Below the pieces are notes generated by a model. That model was not told the origin of the DNA and did no database searches. It worked only from the letters and a program-made list of their open reading frames with translations. The position numbers were made by a program, and so were the translations under genes. DNA of 64,000 nt from contig NIVC01002111.1 in assembly GCA_002269645.1 (NCBI GenBank), positions 7,099 through 71,098 on the forward strand, in the 5' to 3' direction. This stretch comes from Macrostomum lignano (taxonomy: Eukaryota). This document shows, in pieces, positions 58,272-64,000 of this stretch (the first letter of the stretch is position 1; every line of letters starts with the position of its first letter).

Positions 58272-60089
58272 ATGACAAAAAATGCGCTGATAATATATGC
58301 GGCTCTGGCCGCACTGCTCAGCTGCTCTCACGCGTACAGAATGTTCCAGTCCCGAATACCGAACGGCGACCGCGTCCCGAACCCGTGCCAGCAAGGCGAC
58401 ATCTGGGTCGGACTCGGACACCAGAGTCCCGCCGGTGCCGACGCTATAAATCCCTTCGGCTTGGACTTCAGAGCCGCCAGCTTCAGCTGGACAATCGACC
58501 TGTGCCGCAAGGACTCGGACGGCGACGGACTCACGAACGGCCAAGAGCTCGGAGACCCCGACTGCGTGTGGAAGGTCGGTGCGGCTCCGGCGCGAACGAC
58601 TGGACTGTCCCAACCTGGCATCTGCCCGCTCGACTCCGCGACGTGCAAGAACTCGTGGACCGTGTGTCCGAAGGCCTTAAGCTGTCCAGCATTCGAAGAG
58701 CCCGGTGTTTTCGTGAGAAACTTCACCCTCAAACCGACTCCCGTGCCCGCCACTGAGACTACATACGTCTGTCAGGCGTTCGAGCTGAACAACACTGCCT
58801 CTTCGGTTCACCTGATCGGATCGAGGCCGATCATCGACAACAAGAACGTCATGCACCACATGATTATGTACGCCTGCAGTGTCAAGCCAGAACAGACGCT
58901 GTTCGATAATCCACGGCAGTGTTTAATGGGCCACAGAAACTGCACCCAGATGATGAACCTTTGGGCCTACGGACTCGAAGGCGAGTGCTTCAACAGGAAC
59001 GCGGGGTTCCGAATCGGCGGTGATGGCTTTCGGTACGGAGTTTTGCAGCTTCACTGGAACAACCCGGCGAGGCATTCAGGCTACACCGACGCTTCTGGCT
59101 TCGCTCTCTACTTTACACAAAACCTGCGACCATACGACTTGGGAACTGTGATGTATGGCGAGGGAAATCTCGTTCTCCCACCGCGACAGCCGTTGATCAG
59201 CGTGAACCACACGTGCCCTTCGGTGTGCACTAACCGGTACCACACTGAGACTCGCTACATCACAGGAGTAGGCATCTACATGCACACCAACGGTATTAGA
59301 GGACGCATTTCTCTCTGGAGGAATGAAACTTTAGTGAGGGACATCTGGCCGCTCCAGGAATACAGTTACAACTCTCCAAAAGTTATTTTCTTGAACCAAA
59401 CGGTTGAGTATCAACCCGGAGATGAATTGAAAACAGAGTGCTACTTTACCACACTGAAGAATGACCGGACGGTATTTTCTGGAGCCGCTAAAAATGACGA
59501 AATGTGCCTGTCATTTCTGTGGTTGTATCCAAATAAGGCCAGGGTTCCTGCGTCAGAGAGACTGACCCAGTGTATGGCTATAGCTGCAATCAACTTGTGC
59601 TGGGTTGCAAGCAACATAGTTCCGCATGTGGAACGAGACTGTAACATCACGTCGATGAGGAGTGGAGAAATGCCGAATCGAGTGATGTCGGAAATGGCCG
59701 CCAACAACTGCTTTGCTCGGACTGGATGCGATCCAGCTTGTCGAAACTACCTGAACTTCACTCTGTGGCCCTTAAATGCTTGCTACGACCCGACAAGGTC
59801 GAGACAGATGGCTGAAGCCATGGCTTTGGGCATGGTACCGTCATCTAATCACGAAACAATCGCCCGTACTCTGTATGGACAGCGCTTCTGCGAGCAGGAG
59901 ATCAATTTGTTGAATGCTCCAGCTCCAACGAAACTCATCGAGGCGCTGCAGGCTACGCCGATTCTCCAAAAAGGCGGGTTAACCTCCGAGCACCTGCTGA
60001 TCATCATCGTTGTGTGCAGCTGCCTGGGGTTTGTTCTGTTTTTGGCTCTGCTAACCTATCTGTCAATCAGGCTCAACCACAGAAGCTAA
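58272..60089 (+). CDS. Temptin-domain / copper type II ascorbate-dependent monooxygenase (DBH/MOXD1-like), intronless, 605 aa
   Basis: Signal peptide; temptin-like IPNGDRVPNPC...NPFGLDF...LCRKDSDGDGLTNGQELGDPDCVW; CuH-type VMHHMIMY (H195/H196) and QLHWNNP (H261); CuM-type YMH (Y336/H338) and DEMC (M411); C-terminal TM helix. Confidence 0.9.
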   Translation: MTKNALIIYAALAALLSCSHAYRMFQSRIPNGDRVPNPCQQGDIWVGLGHQSPAGADAINPFGLDFRAASFSWTIDLCRKDSDGDGLTNGQELGDPDCVWKVGAAPARTTGLSQPGICPLDSATCKNSWTVCPKALSCPAFEEPGVFVRNFTLKPTPVPATETTYVCQAFELNNTASSVHLIGSRPIIDNKNVMHHMIMYACSVKPEQTLFDNPRQCLMGHRNCTQMMNLWAYGLEGECFNRNAGFRIGGDGFRYGVLQLHWNNPARHSGYTDASGFALYFTQNLRPYDLGTVMYGEGNLVLPPRQPLISVNHTCPSVCTNRYHTETRYITGVGIYMHTNGIRGRISLWRNETLVRDIWPLQEYSYNSPKVIFLNQTVEYQPGDELKTECYFTTLKNDRTVFSGAAKNDEMCLSFLWLYPNKARVPASERLTQCMAIAAINLCWVASNIVPHVERDCNITSMRSGEMPNRVMSEMAANNCFARTGCDPACRNYLNFTLWPLNACYDPTRSRQMAEAMALGMVPSSNHETIARTLYGQRFCEQEINLLNAPAPTKLIEALQATPILQKGGLTSEHLLIIIVVCSCLGFVLFLALLTYLSIRLNHRS

Positions 60090-61286
60090 ACTGCGAGACG
60101 TGCTGACAATAGAGAATTCCATTAACGCAGAAGACGACTATACTGTATACTGACCAATGACTTTCCACCTCACGTCAAAAAAACATTTTTGCTAAATAAA
60201 TCAATACAAAGTCGAAGACTTAAAGACTCAAATATTAACACTAATAAATATTTTATTGTGCGTTCCTTAATCTCTATTTGTAGCATAGTCATTCAAATTC
60301 AATTTTAGTGCTTGTTCCTTTCGTGTGAAAAAACCAAACCAAAGTCAGTTGCGACTGCACTGCCCAAATTAATAGCTTGAGAACAAATCTATCCGGTAGT
60401 TTTTACTAAATTTATGCAGCTTTTCTTGTGCTAATAATTTAAATATTCTTCACTATGTTTACTTCAGTTTTCGCGAGTCTTCTATATAAATATAAATCAA
60501 AATTTTTCAGCACGATGCGTGCTCTGTTTCCAATTCGGAAGTCTTGAAGATAAGATCTTGTGAATTTTTAGTGCTAAACAGCGCTGAAAACTTATCTCAA
60601 CGTTGCATTTAGAGAAAAAGCAACCCCTGTTTTGCAGAGTGTATCCACAGTCGTAGTCCCCGATGCTTGATAGCTGCTCCTCTATCTAGCAAATCAAACG
60701 ACTGTGAAATATGGTCTGTACGAAATAGGGTCGAACTGGTAAAAATTTTACTCAATATTAGAACACGAAAAAGAAGATTAGATCTGCGACTTTCATTTGT
60801 GGTTGCTGATGGAGTGGCGAGTGAAGGCTTACACACGAGCCTTACTACGAGTAAGTATATACGAGTCGTATATTATTGATAGATCCCTATCCCCGCTGTA
60901 GTCAATTCAACCCCAAGTTTAAAAAGCTTTTAAAGCCGGATACGCCATGATCGAAATCAAATCAAATATACTAAAAATGAAATTGCCTACTGATATTGTC
61001 AGCCTTATTGGCGAGGAACGCGCGTACGGCCCAACTCAATTTGGTCAAACCAATTTTAACTAAAAGATGCACTGAGCAACACTCTAGCTCTTGAGCTGCA
61101 CGGACAGATAGAGGGTTGGAGTTGGCTGGGCGCTTGGGAAAAGCTGTTAGGAAATACAAAAAATTGCAGGACGCCTTCGGTGATATCGTTTCATAATTTC
61201 TTCCTGAGGCAATTCCGCCCATTCGACTGCCCTTTGACTGTCTAATCGTCAGGCATGTACACTCTCTGAGCCTTGGGGGTTGGCCC

Positions 61287-63932
61287 TCACGGCTGTGAAC
61301 TGCACGACAGCCCCAGATCAATGTGGGCGCACACGGAATCGAACAATGGGGTCGCGATAGTCATACGAGTCGATCCTCCTAGAGTGCACGAGAGCTCTCC
61401 GCGCATACGGATATCATAGACCGGACTCACAGAGACTGGCCTAAAACTCAACGTCAGTACAGTAGAGTGTAATTGGATTTGTGTTGAGTACTATCCTGAA
61501 TCGCATCTGTCGTATCTAAGTCGATTTAAGCTGTACGCTCGTATAAATCAGTGTGAATTTATGATATTGACCAATGATTTCGGTTATCACTAAACACGCA
61601 TGTTATCAATGACGCGCTGAAAACACACACACAGGGACCACAAAGCAGTAAATAAGGGAACTTGGCCAAATGGACCAAATGATCTAGCAAGGGTCGATCA
61701 GATTACTCGTAGATCTTAAGCCAAAACATTTAGACAAATACAATTTAATGATGCAGAGAGCATTGATAAAAATGAGTCTAATGCCTAGTAATGAATAAAG
61801 CACCCGGCGCTATTACAAACCTTAAATGGGGAATTAAAAGAAGTAAAGTGCACCTGAAAAAAAACAGTAGACATGCATAATAATAACGTAGCAGCGTGCC
61901 AAACAGTACCTGAGTTGCTTACGTACAGTTGGATCTACAGACGACTTGCTTTCGATTTGAAAGTCGACCCTCCTGGGTAAGGTCGGCTGCTCCAAAATCC
62001 TTAAACTGCTTTTGTACAGCAGCTGCATTGTCGCTGCATCTTCTGCCGTGTCCTCTCGTCCTCTGCCGTCATCAGAGTCGTCCGGATTTCGGATGTTTGC
62101 TTCCCAAAATTGATAAGCCATCGCTATCAAATCACACAACTCTGATGTAATAAAGCTAGCTCGATGGCGGTAGGAACGAACACTTTAAGGCTGATTAGCA
62201 TTACCGCTGAAAGCTCCGCAGGTCCAGGATTGCTCAAATCAATGTACAGTTGTTTAAAAAAGTTTAAATGTCTTTTTTCCCAATGCGCCGTCCATGCCCG
62301 ATCCCAACCAGCGATACCCGATACTCAGGTCCCCCCCCCGATGACTCATTCCCTACCCACCCTATTTGCCTATTGTCCAAATTCACCCAAGCGAAATGCA
62401 CCTAGTGACCTCCCATCCCTGCCTACAGCCCATAGTTTAAGGAAATGCATGGATTGTTCATCTGCAAATTGTCTGTGGCCCCAACCCAAGCTAAAACCAA
62501 TAACTTTGAAACGAGGAAAGTATTTATAGACTCACTCAGCCAATGCAATTGAAGCGGGGGACTACCAAGATGGGGGGGAGACATTTCCCAGATGAGCAAA
62601 TCCATGATATTACTTCATCCATGTTCCAGTGCGTGATTACCATCGTTGATGACCGCGGCATTTAATTTGGTCCAACAACAATTTGGTCCAAACGTCCGTG
62701 AGCCATTTGCGAACTCTTGCCTTCTCGCAACCGTCAGTAGGTTGTCGCGTAACGCTGGAATTTCAGCGTCTCTAACAACAATTATCAGTCACTTTTCCAG
62801 AGCTCTGCTGATAGTCGAAATCTGATAACCAACTGGAGCTGTTCCTAATTAACTTCTACTGTATTTTCTACAGCGTCAACAAAGGGTTTCTCAATTCCAT
62901 TGAGTATTGGACCTGAGGCTCCAGCAACTTGCCTTGGCGATTGCTACCCTTTCGCAGGCGACTTATGCTGGCAGTAGTTTAAGCGCGCTGATGGATGCTG
63001 TAAACCTATCTTTTCTTTTACATTCAACAACCTTGCAATGTCCTTTGGGTGTTCATCTCCGTCAAGCGCGCCGATTATGGCATTCGCTCGAGTTCGACAG
63101 CCTAGCATGTGGTCCACAATTCTGGGGCTGATCTTGCTCCTCCGCAGCAGTTGCAAATGAAGCTACGGACTAAATTGATGCTCGTTGGACCGAATTAATA
63201 TCCGCTGTGCTACGACCTACGAGCTACCATGGACAAAACTCCATAGCACTAAAAAACGTATCTTGGATTAAATTCAATGGGCGTAAGCCCTAAATGGGCT
63301 GCAAAAAGCTATATTGTAATCACGATATTTGTAGCTAAATTTCTAGTGCACAACATTACACTAGCCAATACGTGATCACAAGCCTTTTAAGCACGCTTTC
63401 ACAATAGCGCTTATTGCGCGTCCTGGTACAATGCCATGCAGCAATACCATCAATGCATGGGTGCGCGAACCATAAAAAACAATGCTTTAAATGTAAGATT
63501 TAACTGTATTTGTCGGTTGCTTAGAAGAAAGGACATAAATTTAAGGCAAACAGTATAGTAAAAATACCAATGGGCGATTTTTATAGATTGATACATAAAT
63601 TAGCTACAAGATCAAGAACCCTAAGGGCTCGTTCTATAAAGCCATCGTAAGATAAGATCGTTCTTAGGTCCGATCTCCGCAGTGTAAAAGTTCTGACGTG
63701 CGATCGAACTTACGCTACGACAGCTTTATAGTACTACCCCTAAATCTACAATACCAGCGTACTAACCTGTCTGTCTAAGAATATCTGAAATTAGCAGGCG
63801 AATTAAGAGACAGACATTGATTAGTGGCTTCTAAAAGCTTTCGACGAAGAAACTTCACACTGTCTCTATTAGAGTGATGAGATTCACCCTGATAGTCCGA
63901 TGGAAGCAGAGCCGATTTAAGTGCTGCCGGAT
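61287..63932 (-). CDS. 3' part of an unidentified spliced gene (hypothetical)
   Basis: Phase-compatible, stop-free exons: 63888-63932 (45 nt), 63767-63784 (18 nt), 61910-62141, 61287-61440 (TGA). Product ...DPAALKSALLPSDYQDILRQTELCDLIAMAYQFWEANIRNPDD...; no family recognised. Confidence 0.5.
62654..63311 (-). mobile_element. Second, more decayed copy of the Tc1/IS630-like element, one TIR truncated
   Basis: TIR ...GGGCTGCAAAAAGCTA|TA at 63311; GDEHPKDIARLLNVKEK on the minus strand; same interior-to-TIR junction as copy 1. Confidence 0.8.
63625..63740. mobile_element. Small PIF/Harbinger-like MITE, 116 bp
   Basis: Imperfect TIRs GGGCTCGTTCTATAAAGCCA and the reverse complement of CAGCTTTATAGTACTACCCC; TAA on both flanks (63622-63624, 63741-63743). 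Confidence 0.65.
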
Positions 63933-64000
63933 CTAAAACTGTCAACTCCACTTCTAGTAACCAGCATGTTGTTCAAAACGCTACTCTTATAGCATGAAAA

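Noticed and set aside
61195-61330. Hammerhead or HDV ribozyme on the minus strand (CTGACGA...GAAT; CGAATGGGCG pairing with CGCCCA)
   Set aside because: Stem II is offset and GAAA is missing for a hammerhead; no P3/L3/P1.1 geometry fits HDV by eye. Kept only as an unexplained repeat.

Overview
This is eukaryotic (metazoan) genomic DNA. GC-rich exons, AT-rich minisatellite-filled introns and acceptors just upstream of start codons resemble a free-living flatworm such as Macrostomum; that assignment is inference only. I hand-built spliced models for CFAP43 (+, 5'-truncated, ends 16823), PDCD6/ALG-2 (-), PSMD5 (+), a DLK/MAP3K12-13 kinase (+) and an SLC20/PiT phosphate transporter (-). The window also holds an intronless LicD-family gene with a 1-nt frameshift (-), an intronless temptin-domain/copper type II monooxygenase with a His-to-Tyr change at a CuM ligand (+), and the 3' end of an unidentified gene (-). 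Mobile DNA includes an inverted pair of tRNA-derived CORE-type SINEs, a Mutator-like MITE with a 9-bp TSD, two internally deleted Tc1/IS630-like elements and a small Harbinger-like MITE. Most long ORFs in the supplied track are artefacts of tandem repeats. The best novelty candidate is an array of 10-11 consecutive, in-frame, phase-0 micro-exons (21-60 nt) inserted in the CFAP43 WD40 region, with a second micro-exon cluster further downstream. Other strong candidates are the intron-specific minisatellite architecture (including related and inverted repeats in successive DLK introns) and the altered temptin-monooxygenase. All splice models are manual predictions without transcript evidence.
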